A stretch of DNA of 64,000 nucleotides from Patescibacteria group bacterium (lineage in GTDB: Bacteria; Patescibacteriota; Patescibacteriia; XYB2-FULL-38-15). The translations under genes and the position numbers were made by a program. The notes below the pieces were generated by a model that saw only the letters and a list, made by a program, of their open reading frames with translations, was not told the origin of the DNA and did not search any database. The DNA lies in contig JBAZEY010000004.1 of the NCBI GenBank assembly GCA_041653675.1, positions 1,105-65,104 of the forward strand, given 5' to 3'. The number at the start of each line of letters is the position of its first letter. Position 1 is the first letter of the stretch. Below are positions 55,401-64,000 of the stretch, one piece after another.

Positions 55401-56825
55401 TTTTTTATTTTTTCTTAATCGTAAAACCTGCCAAACCATAACTGCAACCATCGAAGCTGCAAAAATTATCCAAGCAACTAAAACGGCGACCAGGGCGGCG
55501 CCTTCGTAACTATATGTCCAATATCCAAAACCGTAACTTGACCGAGCCAATAATACGAGCGCGCCAAACGTTACCGTAACTAAAAGGACCAAGCTCTGAA
55601 AAATCCAGGCAAGAGCTTTTATAACATTATTTTTTACAAAAATATGCAGGAGAGTACAAACTACAAAAATCAAGCCTGGGGGAGAAAGAATTCCAATCAC
55701 TAGAGAAATGCTAAGCATTACCAAAAAAACTAAAATTCCAACCAGAACATTTTCCCAATCCGCTTCGGGCACCCCAACTTCGTCATTATCCGAGGCGTCG
55801 CGAAGATATAGGTCATAGGTCATTTCCGACGGCTGCATATACCGCGATAGCTTTGTCAGATAATATTTTTTCTCTTCGGGCGCAATCCAATAATCTCCGT
55901 TCGATTCAATTGCTAATTTTTCAATATCTTTCGATTTCACCCAATCGGCGTAATTAGTAGTGAACCCAGGCAAATCTTTTTTATGATCGGCAAAAACATA
56001 AAGAAGAATATTCACGCCCGGCTGCCAGGGATAATAGTAATCTGAAATTGGCGCGGCCTCAATTGCAGAAGGGGCACTAACGGTCGCTCCCGCACTTCCG
56101 CCAACCGCCTGTCCACTTTTTATCCCGCCGCTCTCCATCATAAGAGGAACCGGTTCGGGATTAGGATATTTAAAATATTCGGCAATTCCGGAAATCTTCA
56201 ACGGAAAAACAATTTTCGAAGAAGAAAAAATAAATTTTAATGGCACGGCATGTCCTTGTCTCAATTGCGCCTCAACTCCCCCGCTCAATGATTTGGCATC
56301 AAGTTTGATGGCAGTAAAATACCATTTATTATTAATATAATCATCAAACAAATATTTTCCTTCTTCCGGAAATTGATATTTATTTTCCTTCAACCATTTC
56401 GTCAGAGCCTCTGGATCGTCGGCTTCAAGGACAGTAATGTCGTAATACTCATCCTTTTTTGTTTCAAGAACCGTTACGCCGCTCTCTTCCGCTGCCATGT
56501 CCCGCGACGCGCCGCTATACATTGGCATTACCCCATAATCATATTCTGGCGCAGTTAATTTGTTCAGGGCGGTAAAAAGTTCGTCAGTTGATTTTGAAAC
56601 CTCTGGGCGGGAAGGGGTTGGCACAATCCAACTAAAATTTTCCGCGTCACCCTGAAAAGTTACGGAAAGAATCATCGTTTCCGTACTTCCATTATGAAAA
56701 ATCACGGCTTTTTGATCAGTCTCCTGCATCCAATAATCTGGCGGTGGAAAAATCGCGCCATCAGCCTTCACAATTGCCGGCATCGCGAGAGCAATAATAC
56801 TAAGCGCAAAGATAATTTTTTTCAT
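55395..56825 (-). CDS. Hypothetical secreted/membrane protein (signal peptide, large ectodomain, C-terminal cluster of TM helices)
   Basis: Signal peptide MKKIIFALSIIALAMPAIVKA; four or five C-terminal TM helices. Confidence 0.6.
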   Translation of the reverse strand: MKKIIFALSIIALAMPAIVKADGAIFPPPDYWMQETDQKAVIFHNGSTETMILSVTFQGDAENFSWIVPTPSRPEVSKSTDELFTALNKLTAPEYDYGVMPMYSGASRDMAAEESGVTVLETKKDEYYDITVLEADDPEALTKWLKENKYQFPEEGKYLFDDYINNKWYFTAIKLDAKSLSGGVEAQLRQGHAVPLKFIFSSSKIVFPLKISGIAEYFKYPNPEPVPLMMESGGIKSGQAVGGSAGATVSAPSAIEAAPISDYYYPWQPGVNILLYVFADHKKDLPGFTTNYADWVKSKDIEKLAIESNGDYWIAPEEKKYYLTKLSRYMQPSEMTYDLYLRDASDNDEVGVPEADWENVLVGILVFLVMLSISLVIGILSPPGLIFVVCTLLHIFVKNNVIKALAWIFQSLVLLVTVTFGALVLLARSSYGFGYWTYSYEGAALVAVLVAWIIFAASMVAVMVWQVLRLRKNKKT

Positions 56826-56848
56826 AAACTAAACGAGTTAATATTTAA

Positions 56849-59215
56849 TTATTCTTTGTTAAGTGCCAGGTGTTTAGTCAAAGCTCCTCGCAAAACGTCA
56901 TCTACGTCTTTAGCAAAAATAAATTTTAAATCTTTTCTGACATTAGCCGGAATTTCTTCCAAGTCTTTTTCATTATCCTTGGGTAAAATTATTGTTTTTA
57001 CGTCGGCCCGGTGAGCGGCTAAAACTTTTTCTTTAACTCCACCAATTTCTAAAGCGCGGCCGCGGAGCGTCACTTCGCCGGTCATCCCAACATCTTTTTT
57101 AATAGGCGTTCCTGTTAAAACTGATATAATCGCCGTCGCCATGGCTACGCCAGCTGACGGACCGTCCTTCGGAATCGCTCCGGCCGGAACATGAATATGA
57201 ATGTCTGAATCTTTATAAAATTTGTCTTTAATACCAAAAGATTTGGCGCGTGATCGGGCATAAGAATATGCCGCTTGCGCCGATTCCTGCATAACTTTGC
57301 CGAGTTGTCCGGTTAAAATCAACTGTCCCTTTCCCGGCATTTTAGTCGCCTCAATTAAAAGTATTTCGCCGCCCGCCTGTGTCCAAGCTAGGCCAGTTGA
57401 AACCCCAACTTCATCTTTTTTCTCAGCCATTGTTGTATGATATTTTTCTGGTCCTAAAAATTGGTGAAGATCGGAAATGCCAACTTTATAATTTTTCTCG
57501 TCGCCCTCAGCAATTTTTCGCGCCACCTTTCGACAGATAGCGGAAATATTTCTTTCAAGCTCGCGGACGCCGGCTTCGCGCGTATATTCCCTTATAACAG
57601 CCCTAACTGCCGGTTCGGTAATGATAAGCCTCTCGCCATCATGCAAGCCGTTCTCTTTTAATTGTTTGGGAATGAGAAAATTTTTCGCAATATGAAATTT
57701 TTCTTCCTCAATGTATCCGGGAAATTCGATCATCTCCATGCGGTCGCGAAGCGCCGGCGGAATGGTATCTAAAACATTGGCCGTGGTAATAAACATCACA
57801 TCCGACAAATCAAACGGGATTTCAAGATAATGATCTGAAAAAGCGTAATTTTGTTCTGGATCCAGTGCTTCAAGCAACGCGGCTGACGGATCGCCGCGAA
57901 AATCGGCTCCAACTTTATCAATTTCATCAAGCATAAAAACGGGATTTTTCATGCCAGCTGTATTTACTCCCTGGATGATTCTGCCTGGCAGAGCGCCGAC
58001 ATAAGTTCGTCGATGGCCGCGAATTTCTGCCTCATCGCGAATGCCGCCGAGTGACATTCTAAAAAATTTTCGGCCAAGAGCTTTGGCGATAGATTTTCCA
58101 ATAGAAGTTTTGCCCGTTCCTGGCGGCCCGGAAAAACAAAGGATTGGACCCTTAATTTTCCCAACTAGCTTTTGCACGGCCAAATATTCCAAAATTCTTT
58201 CTTTAACTTTATCTAAACCATAATGATCTTCATCAAGAACTTTTTGAGCTTTTTTAATATCAACCTTACTTTCGGTCTTTTTCGACCACGGCAACATAAT
58301 TAACCAATCAAGATAGGTTCTAATATAAGAAATTTCCGGACTAAAAGACGGCATTTTTTCAAGACGCGCCAACTCTTTTAGGGCCTGCTCCTTTGCTTCG
58401 GGAGCCATCCCGGCCTTTTCTATTTTTTCTTTTAATTCCTCTACCTCACTCCGACCGCCGGCCATACCCAATTCTTTTTCAATCGTTTTCATCTGCTCGC
58501 GCAAAAACATTTCTTTTTCCATTTTTCCCAACTCCTTGCCGGTTTCCGCCTGAATTTTTTGAGCCATGCGTAAAACTTTCAATTGCCTCCCGATCGATTC
58601 CCCAAGTTTCCCCAATTTATTTTCAATATTGTCGGCTTCAAGAATCGCCTGCTTCTCATCAACTTTAAAATCCAAATTTATTGTCATCAAGTCAGCCAAT
58701 TCCCATGGGTCAGTAATATTTAAAATTACCAAAAGCACGTCGAAAGGAACAGTCGCACCAAGCGAAACACATTCCTTAAATTGATTAATCAAACTATACA
58801 TCAAGGCTTCAATCCGTTCTGTCTTTTTAACCATCGGCTCCGGGGCTGGCTCAACTTTAACTCTGATAAAAGGATCAAATGATAAAAATTCTGTAATTTT
58901 TGCACGAATCATTCCCTCAACTACGATTCGCACAGACCCATCGGGCTGTTTTGTAATTTCCCTAATTTTAGCGAGTGTGCCGACAGAATAAAGATCATCC
59001 TTGGTAATTTTATCTCCCACGTCTTTTTTTTCTGCGACACAAACTGCCATCTGATCGTGCTGCATCGCATAATCTAAAGCTTTCAAAGTTTTTTCTTTTT
59101 TAACTATTAAAGTCAAAGCAACTCTCGGAAAAACAACAACGTCAACCAGCGGAATTATAGCTAGTTCTTTTTTAGCCTTACTGTCCAGCGTGCTTAAATT
59201 TTTTTCTGCCTCCAT
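56849..59215 (-). CDS. lon: ATP-dependent Lon protease
   Basis: Walker A GPPGTGKTS; catalytic Ser context PKDGPSAGVAMATAI; Lon N-terminal domain. Confidence 0.95.
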   Translation of the reverse strand: MEAEKNLSTLDSKAKKELAIIPLVDVVVFPRVALTLIVKKEKTLKALDYAMQHDQMAVCVAEKKDVGDKITKDDLYSVGTLAKIREITKQPDGSVRIVVEGMIRAKITEFLSFDPFIRVKVEPAPEPMVKKTERIEALMYSLINQFKECVSLGATVPFDVLLVILNITDPWELADLMTINLDFKVDEKQAILEADNIENKLGKLGESIGRQLKVLRMAQKIQAETGKELGKMEKEMFLREQMKTIEKELGMAGGRSEVEELKEKIEKAGMAPEAKEQALKELARLEKMPSFSPEISYIRTYLDWLIMLPWSKKTESKVDIKKAQKVLDEDHYGLDKVKERILEYLAVQKLVGKIKGPILCFSGPPGTGKTSIGKSIAKALGRKFFRMSLGGIRDEAEIRGHRRTYVGALPGRIIQGVNTAGMKNPVFMLDEIDKVGADFRGDPSAALLEALDPEQNYAFSDHYLEIPFDLSDVMFITTANVLDTIPPALRDRMEMIEFPGYIEEEKFHIAKNFLIPKQLKENGLHDGERLIITEPAVRAVIREYTREAGVRELERNISAICRKVARKIAEGDEKNYKVGISDLHQFLGPEKYHTTMAEKKDEVGVSTGLAWTQAGGEILLIEATKMPGKGQLILTGQLGKVMQESAQAAYSYARSRAKSFGIKDKFYKDSDIHIHVPAGAIPKDGPSAGVAMATAIISVLTGTPIKKDVGMTGEVTLRGRALEIGGVKEKVLAAHRADVKTIILPKDNEKDLEEIPANVRKDLKFIFAKDVDDVLRGALTKHLALNKE

Positions 59216-59220
59216 AAATA

Positions 59221-59300
59221 TTAGATTATAGATTTAAGGTTACAGATTTAAGAAATTTTTCGCCACCATCTCACTTTAATCTTAAATCTTTAATCTGAAA
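59221..59300. repeat. Palindromic element of the AGATTTAAGATT family
   Basis: Left arm tagattatagatttaaggttacagatttaagaaa. The reverse complement of the right arm is tagatttcagattaaagatttaagattaaag. About 18-nt loop. Confidence 0.55.
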
Positions 59301-59301
59301 T

Positions 59302-59598
59302 CTATTTGAAAGGTAACGATGCTTGTTTGCCCTGCAAACTTTTCGCCACTTTTCGTCCTATCGCCGTCAATTTTATTTCTTTAATAAACCATTTTTTCGG
59401 CGTCCGGACACCGTAGCCAATAAGAAAACCCTTGTCAATTAATCTTTCCAGGGATTTTGTGACAATATTTACTCTATCCTCCATCTTGGGCGGCCGCTTT
59501 TGCTTATCATAAAACCGCAAAATTTTTCCACGGCCAAACTTGTTCTTTTCTGCGTAGCCCAAGCCCAAAATATACTTTTGGAGAAGGGATATTTTCAT
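59302..59598 (-). CDS. Small basic hypothetical protein (98 aa)
   Basis: ORF only; no recognisable motif. Confidence 0.4.
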   Translation of the reverse strand: MKISLLQKYILGLGYAEKNKFGRGKILRFYDKQKRPPKMEDRVNIVTKSLERLIDKGFLIGYGVRTPKKWFIKEIKLTAIGRKVAKSLQGKQASLPFK

Positions 59599-59633
59599 AA
59601 TCTAATGATAGCAAAAAAATGGCTTATTGTAAA

Positions 59634-59657
59634 TTAAAAAAGCGGCCATAAAGCCGC
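59634..59657 (-). terminator. Intrinsic terminator after the HD-domain gene
   Basis: gcggc-cataaa-gccgc followed on the minus strand by tttttt. Confidence 0.5.
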
Positions 59658-59677
59658 AATATTTCTTTTGTTATTTT

Positions 59678-60322
59678 TCATTCTTTTCCAGCAATTTCCT
59701 TATCTATTCTTTTGAAAAAATCAACCATAAACTTATGGCGCTCCTTCGCAATTCTTCTGCCCTCCGCAGTTAACATCCGGTCTTTTATTCCGGATAACTT
59801 AAGCGCGAACTCGCGGTAAGCCGTATCTTCCCGGCTGAAAGCCTTAGTTTTTTTAATATCAACATCACTGTTATGCAGCCTTGCCCCGATTTCCCCAGCA
59901 AAGAGAAACGCCCGGCCGATTCCGACCGCGCCGATTGCGTCCAGTTTATCGGCATCAAATAAAATTTTTGCTTCTTTTGACTTCGGGATATTTTTCCCTC
60001 TGAAACGATGACATCTGATACAATGAACAACCTGCTCTATTTTTTTCTCCGGAAAGTTAATTTTTTTAAGAATCGCTCGCGCTCTTTCCGCCCCATGCTC
60101 CGCATGGCAGACGGCACCATTTCTCTTATCAGCATAATCTCTTGAAATATCATGCAGTATGGCGGCTAATTTCAAAATATCAAGATCTGCCTTTTCCTCT
60201 TTTCCGATGCGGAGGGCAAGATTATAAACTCTTTCCGTGTGATCCCATCCATGGCTACCCCGAGCGCTTTGGAAAAATTTTTTCGCCTCTTTTTCTATTT
60301 TTTCCAAAAATTTATTATCCAT
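59678..60322 (-). CDS. HD-domain phosphohydrolase
   Basis: H...HD motif (LHDISR) and downstream His/Asp. Confidence 0.8.
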   Translation of the reverse strand: MDNKFLEKIEKEAKKFFQSARGSHGWDHTERVYNLALRIGKEEKADLDILKLAAILHDISRDYADKRNGAVCHAEHGAERARAILKKINFPEKKIEQVVHCIRCHRFRGKNIPKSKEAKILFDADKLDAIGAVGIGRAFLFAGEIGARLHNSDVDIKKTKAFSREDTAYREFALKLSGIKDRMLTAEGRRIAKERHKFMVDFFKRIDKEIAGKE

Positions 60323-60740
60323 TTATTTTAGAAAAATCACCATCTAAAATTATTGGCTGCATGGCGATGATTTCATCTTTATAGCCCATTTCTGGAATTG
60401 GGTTTAAAAGAAAAATTTTCTTGTTTAAAACATGAGCAAAACCCATTTCCATCAAGGTATTGCCGCCAATATAATTTGAGATTCCATTTTTATCAAAATT
60501 ACAAATGAGTACGGCATCGCCACTTTTAATACAATCATACCACCATTTGATAAAGTTATGTTCCCTCTTTATTTCAGCATGATTCGCAGATATTCCATTA
60601 ATTAATTCTTTGGCGGTACCATCGGCGATACCAAACATATCTTCGTGCATCATGGGTTCATGTCTCATTTCTTTCAACTTATGGTAAATTTCAACAAGTT
60701 TTTCCGCAAATTTTACACTTCCACAAATTGTGATTTTCAT
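60315..60740 (-). CDS. Nucleoside 2-deoxyribosyltransferase-like (flavodoxin-fold) protein
   Basis: ICGS...YIGGNTLMEMGFAHVLNKKIFLL resembles the NDT/LOG-like GxxxExGxAxxxxK core. Confidence 0.5.
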   Translation of the reverse strand: MKITICGSVKFAEKLVEIYHKLKEMRHEPMMHEDMFGIADGTAKELINGISANHAEIKREHNFIKWWYDCIKSGDAVLICNFDKNGISNYIGGNTLMEMGFAHVLNKKIFLLNPIPEMGYKDEIIAMQPIILDGDFSKING

Positions 60741-60741
60741 G

Positions 60742-62133
60742 TTATTTTTCCGCTATTTTAATGTGCGCTTCTTTCAATTGCTGTTCCGGCAGTTCCGACG
60801 GCGCGCCCATCATTAAATCCCTGGCATCTGAAGTTTTTGGAAAAGCCATCACTTCGCGAATGTTCGGTTCGCCGGCGAAAAGCATGGCCAATCTATCAAG
60901 CCCGGGCGCGATACCACCGTGCGGCGGCGCCCCGTAAGTAAAAGCCTCAAACATATGGCCAAAGCGTAATTCCGCATCGTCTTTACCAACGCCAAGCAAC
61001 CGAAAAATTTTTGACTGTAAATTTCGATCATGAATTCTAATACTTCCGCCGCCAACTTCATAACCATTTAACACTAAATCATAAGCATACGCTCGAACAT
61101 CAAGCGGATGTTCTTCCAAATCCTCCAAATCCTCTTTGTGTGGCATAGTAAATGGGTGATGTTCGGAAACTAATTTTTTCTCACTATCTGACCATTTAAA
61201 AAGCGGGAAATCGATTACCCAACAAAACGCTAATTCGTTTTTGTCATTTTTATTTTCACGCAAATCCGGCTTGTCGCTTTTATATTTTTTTATTGCTTCG
61301 TCATAGGTCAGAACCGGGAAAGGTATTTTTTGAATTTTTTTATCGGGTGCCACGGCTCCTGCCAAATGAATCATCAACTCTTCCGTGAGTTTCATTACAT
61401 CCTCTTGATCAACAAAAGACATTTCCATATCAAGCTGAGTAAATTCCGGCTGGCGATCGCCGCGCTGATCCTCGTCGCGAAAACATCGAGCAATCTGAAA
61501 ATATTTTTCAAAACCAGCTACCATTAACAATTGTTTAAACTGCTGTGGCGACTGCGGCAAGACATAAAATTCCCCAGTATGTAAGCGCGACGGAACAATA
61601 TATTCGCGCGCGCCTTCCGGCGTACCTTTCGTAATGTAGGGCGTTTCAATTTCTGCAAAATCACGCTCATGTAAAAATTTCTTTATTTCATCAAGCATTT
61701 TGCTTCGAAGCATTATATTCTTTTTCATCCGTTCACTCCGCAAATCAAGGTATCTGTATTTCATGCGCAATTCTTCACTAACAGGCGTTGTGTCTTTATC
61801 AATTTCAAAAGGCAAAGTTTTTGATTCATTTAAAATTTCTAACTTCTGGGCCTCCATTTCTACCGTGCCGGTTAACATTTTTGGGTTAACCATTTTCTCT
61901 GGCCGCTTGTTTACTTTTCCGGTAATGGCCACAACAAACTCCGAACGCAGTTTATCGGCCAATGCCATGAATTCTTTATCTTTGGAGGCAAAAATAACCT
62001 GGATCAAACCAGTCGCGTCGCGAAGATCAATAAAAATAATTTTCCCCATGTCGCGGCGGACATTAACCCAACCTTTAAGCAAAACTTCTTCTCCGACCTT
62101 ATTAACCGTATCTTTGATTAGTGTGCGTGTCAT
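60742..62133 (-). CDS. aspS: Aspartyl-tRNA synthetase, short archaeal/eukaryal type
   Basis: N-terminal OB fold; motif 2 FRDEDQRGDRQPEFTQLD; AspRS-specific GGGSIRIHD; motif 3 GLDRLAML. Confidence 0.9.
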   Translation of the reverse strand: MTRTLIKDTVNKVGEEVLLKGWVNVRRDMGKIIFIDLRDATGLIQVIFASKDKEFMALADKLRSEFVVAITGKVNKRPEKMVNPKMLTGTVEMEAQKLEILNESKTLPFEIDKDTTPVSEELRMKYRYLDLRSERMKKNIMLRSKMLDEIKKFLHERDFAEIETPYITKGTPEGAREYIVPSRLHTGEFYVLPQSPQQFKQLLMVAGFEKYFQIARCFRDEDQRGDRQPEFTQLDMEMSFVDQEDVMKLTEELMIHLAGAVAPDKKIQKIPFPVLTYDEAIKKYKSDKPDLRENKNDKNELAFCWVIDFPLFKWSDSEKKLVSEHHPFTMPHKEDLEDLEEHPLDVRAYAYDLVLNGYEVGGGSIRIHDRNLQSKIFRLLGVGKDDAELRFGHMFEAFTYGAPPHGGIAPGLDRLAMLFAGEPNIREVMAFPKTSDARDLMMGAPSELPEQQLKEAHIKIAEK

Positions 62134-62142
62134 AAAAAATAT

Positions 62143-63435
62143 TTATGGTCTTAATCTATTAATCATTCTTGGAAAAGGAATTGTCTCGCGGATATGATGA
62201 ATCCCACACATCCAGCCAGTAATGCGCTCTAAGCCATAACCAAAACCAGAATGCGGCACTGAACCGTATTTTCTTAAATCCAGATACCATTCAAAATCCG
62301 CAAGCGGCATTTTTTCTTCTTTCATTCGCGAAAGCAATAAATCATAATTATCCTCGCGCTCTGAGCCGCCGATAATTTCTCCATGGCCTTCCGGAGCAAT
62401 TAAATCTGATCCCAAAACAAATTCCGGATTTTCTGGATCGCGTTTCATATAAAATGCTTTGATTTGCCGCGGCCACTTCTCCACAAAAATCGGCACGTCA
62501 GAATCTTGCGTTAATAAAGTTTCATCGTCTGCGCCAAGATCTTCACCGTCTTTAATGTCCGAACCCAACGCCTGAACTTTTTTAATTGCCTCTGTATAAG
62601 TTATTCTGCCAAACGGCGCTTTTACTTTTTCCAATTTTGAAATATCCCGTTCTAAAATTTCTAGTTCTTTTCTGTTTTTTTCCAAAACTTTTTCCACGAT
62701 ATAGCAAATTAATTCTTCCTGAATCTTCATATTGCCTTCGTGGTTTACAAAAGCCGCTTCGGCGTCCATCATCCAAAATTCAGTAAGGTGCCGGCGGGTT
62801 TTTGATTTTTCCGCCCGGAAAGTCGGACCGAAATCAAAACATCGGCCAAAACTCATAACCGCGGCTTCAAGATAAAGCTGGCCTGACTGCGCTAAGTACG
62901 CTTTTCCTAAATCAAAATATGGAACTTCAAACAAGGTCGTTGTTCCCTCGCAAGCCGTCGGCGTCAAAATCGGCGTGTCAATTTTTATAAAACCATTTTG
63001 ATTAAAATATTCGTACGTCGCGTTGATCACTGTATTTCTGACGCGGAGCGTTGCCCACTGTTTTGACGAACGAAGCCAAAGATGGCGGAGATCAAGCAAA
63101 AATTCTGGGCCGTGTTCTTTTTTACCAATTGGGTATTCTTCGGCGATCTGAACAATTTTTAAGTCTTTAACTTGTAATTCGTACTCTTCTTTTTTCGGAT
63201 GTTTGCTGACCGTGCCAGAAATTTCCACTGACGTTTCCATGGTAATTTTTTCACAAACTTCCCAAATTTCCGCGGCTACTTCTTTTTTAGAAACAATCGC
63301 CTGAATGAAACCGGAGCCGTCCCGGACTTGTAAAAAGAAAATGCTGCCCGACGAGCGGAAATTATAAATCCAGCCGCGGACTGCGACTTCCTGGCCTAAA
63401 TATTGACTAATATCCTTAAGTAAAATCGTCTGCAT
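62143..63435 (-). CDS. asnS: Asparaginyl-tRNA synthetase
   Basis: FRAEKSKTRRHLTEFWMMDAEAAF (AsnRS motif 2 region); class IIb OB-fold N-terminus; 430 aa. Confidence 0.88.
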   Translation of the reverse strand: MQTILLKDISQYLGQEVAVRGWIYNFRSSGSIFFLQVRDGSGFIQAIVSKKEVAAEIWEVCEKITMETSVEISGTVSKHPKKEEYELQVKDLKIVQIAEEYPIGKKEHGPEFLLDLRHLWLRSSKQWATLRVRNTVINATYEYFNQNGFIKIDTPILTPTACEGTTTLFEVPYFDLGKAYLAQSGQLYLEAAVMSFGRCFDFGPTFRAEKSKTRRHLTEFWMMDAEAAFVNHEGNMKIQEELICYIVEKVLEKNRKELEILERDISKLEKVKAPFGRITYTEAIKKVQALGSDIKDGEDLGADDETLLTQDSDVPIFVEKWPRQIKAFYMKRDPENPEFVLGSDLIAPEGHGEIIGGSEREDNYDLLLSRMKEEKMPLADFEWYLDLRKYGSVPHSGFGYGLERITGWMCGIHHIRETIPFPRMINRLRP

Positions 63436-63446
63436 ATAATTGTTTA

Positions 63447-63475
63447 ATTATAGAGAATATATTGATTTTGAGCAA
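63447..63475 (-). promoter_or_regulatory. Sigma70-type promoter of asnS (TTGCTC-17-TATAAT) giving an essentially leaderless mRNA
   Basis: Minus-strand reading ttgctc-aaaatcaatatattctc-tataat-taaacaattatATG; the -10 ends about 11 nt before the ATG and there is no SD. Confidence 0.5.
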
Positions 63476-63539
63476 GATTGACGACAATCTAATAATTTGG
63501 TAAGGTTAGAAACCCCGAAATGGGGTAAGGAGGAGTATT

Positions 63540-64000
63540 TTGGAAAAGCAGATTCAGACGGCTTATGGAGAGGTCAACCTTGAGGTTCGCGAACTCAACG
63601 GTTCGCGAATTCTCGTAACCCAGGAATCCTTCGACTTTCTGGCAGGCACGAAGAGCCGTGGCGGATCCTTGAAGGAAAGGCTCGCAGCCCCCCGCGGCAC
63701 CGTGCTCATTCCGTCATGGTACGACTTCGGAGGACGGGGTAAGGAACGCCTACACCACATCGTCCCTGCCGGCATCTACGAGGCTCTGCGGCGCGCCGCT
63801 CATACCCTTCGGAAATACGGGCTAAAGAAAACGCCTGGCGAACTTCAGAACCTTCGCTCCATCTCCGACCGACTAAGCCGCGATCTCGCCATCCTCATGG
63901 AGGGGAAGTCTGCGTCGAGTCGCGATTTGGTGGAGGTCCGATATGACCTCACACGGATCGCTCAAGTGCTCGGCGGATCCAGAAACAAGCTCAAGTTGGA
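63540..64000 (+). CDS. GC-rich hypothetical protein, partial (runs off window end), TTG start with strong SD
   Basis: Hand translation from TTG at 63540 gives LEKQIQTAYGEVNLEVRELNGSRILVTQESFDFLAGTK... and stays open for 153 codons to the window end. SD TAAGGAGGAG lies 7 nt upstream. Roughly 58% GC, unlike the neighbourhood. Confidence 0.4.
   Translation, partial: MEKQIQTAYGEVNLEVRELNGSRILVTQESFDFLAGTKSRGGSLKERLAAPRGTVLIPSWYDFGGRGKERLHHIVPAGIYEALRRAAHTLRKYGLKKTPGELQNLRSISDRLSRDLAILMEGKSASSRDLVEVRYDLTRIAQVLGGSRNKLKL

Noticed and set aside
55374-55405. Hairpin aagcgccg-caa-cggcgctt + T-run as a plus-strand terminator
   Set aside because: No plus-strand gene ends nearby. The hairpin is part of the duplicated leader element of minus-strand genes.
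1-64000. Alternative genetic code (UGA=Gly, code 25) as in some CPR lineages
   Set aside because: Long standard-code ORFs end at TGA, TAA and TAG with sensible C-termini, and RF2, which reads UGA, is encoded.
1-64000. CRISPR array or cas genes
   Set aside because: No regularly spaced direct repeats were found. The only repeat families are inverted hairpin elements and one 85-bp duplicate.

Overview
This is an AT-rich bacterial window (roughly 40% GC by eye) packed with small housekeeping genes. Most carry no Shine-Dalgarno sequence, which with the other features suggests a reduced-genome, Patescibacteria/CPR-like anaerobe; that lineage call is inference only. Housekeeping content is mostly on the minus strand, with a plus-strand block at 39.1-48.5 kb. 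It includes rsmA, prfB, htrA, anaerobic class III RNR (nrdD/nrdG), ftsA/ftsZ, dgkA, ybeY, rpsU, hisS, lepB, an LCP protein, der, pth, dprA, topA, a short Rel/SpoT homolog, parAB, scpAB, lon, aspS, asnS, four tRNAs and several intrinsic terminators. The accessory content is a cell-surface island. One giant Cys-rich secreted protein (1..8409, minus strand) runs off the window start with no stop, which is why it is absent from the ORF track. A second giant 2970-aa protein (24063..32975) and a 619-aa paralog both begin with a VirB2/TrbC conjugative-pilin-like double-TM domain followed by a poly-Gly linker. Three single-pass membrane proteins with thrombospondin type-3-like DxDxDG calcium-binding repeats sit beside the giant genes. 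Other notable items: two four-helix-bundle (23S-rRNA-IVS protein / DGR Avd family) cassettes bounded by inverted repeats, one intact and one truncated, plus solo copies of the same AGATTTAAGATT hairpin repeat; an nrdD whose glycyl-radical domain is a separate 49-aa ORF; an 85-bp repeat duplicated in two consecutive 5' leaders; a tRNA-fMet with a deleted partial copy nearby; and two GC-rich ORFs that have strong SD sites, unlike the native genes, and look foreign. Manually derived coordinates may be off by 1-2 nt; CDS coordinates follow the ORF track.
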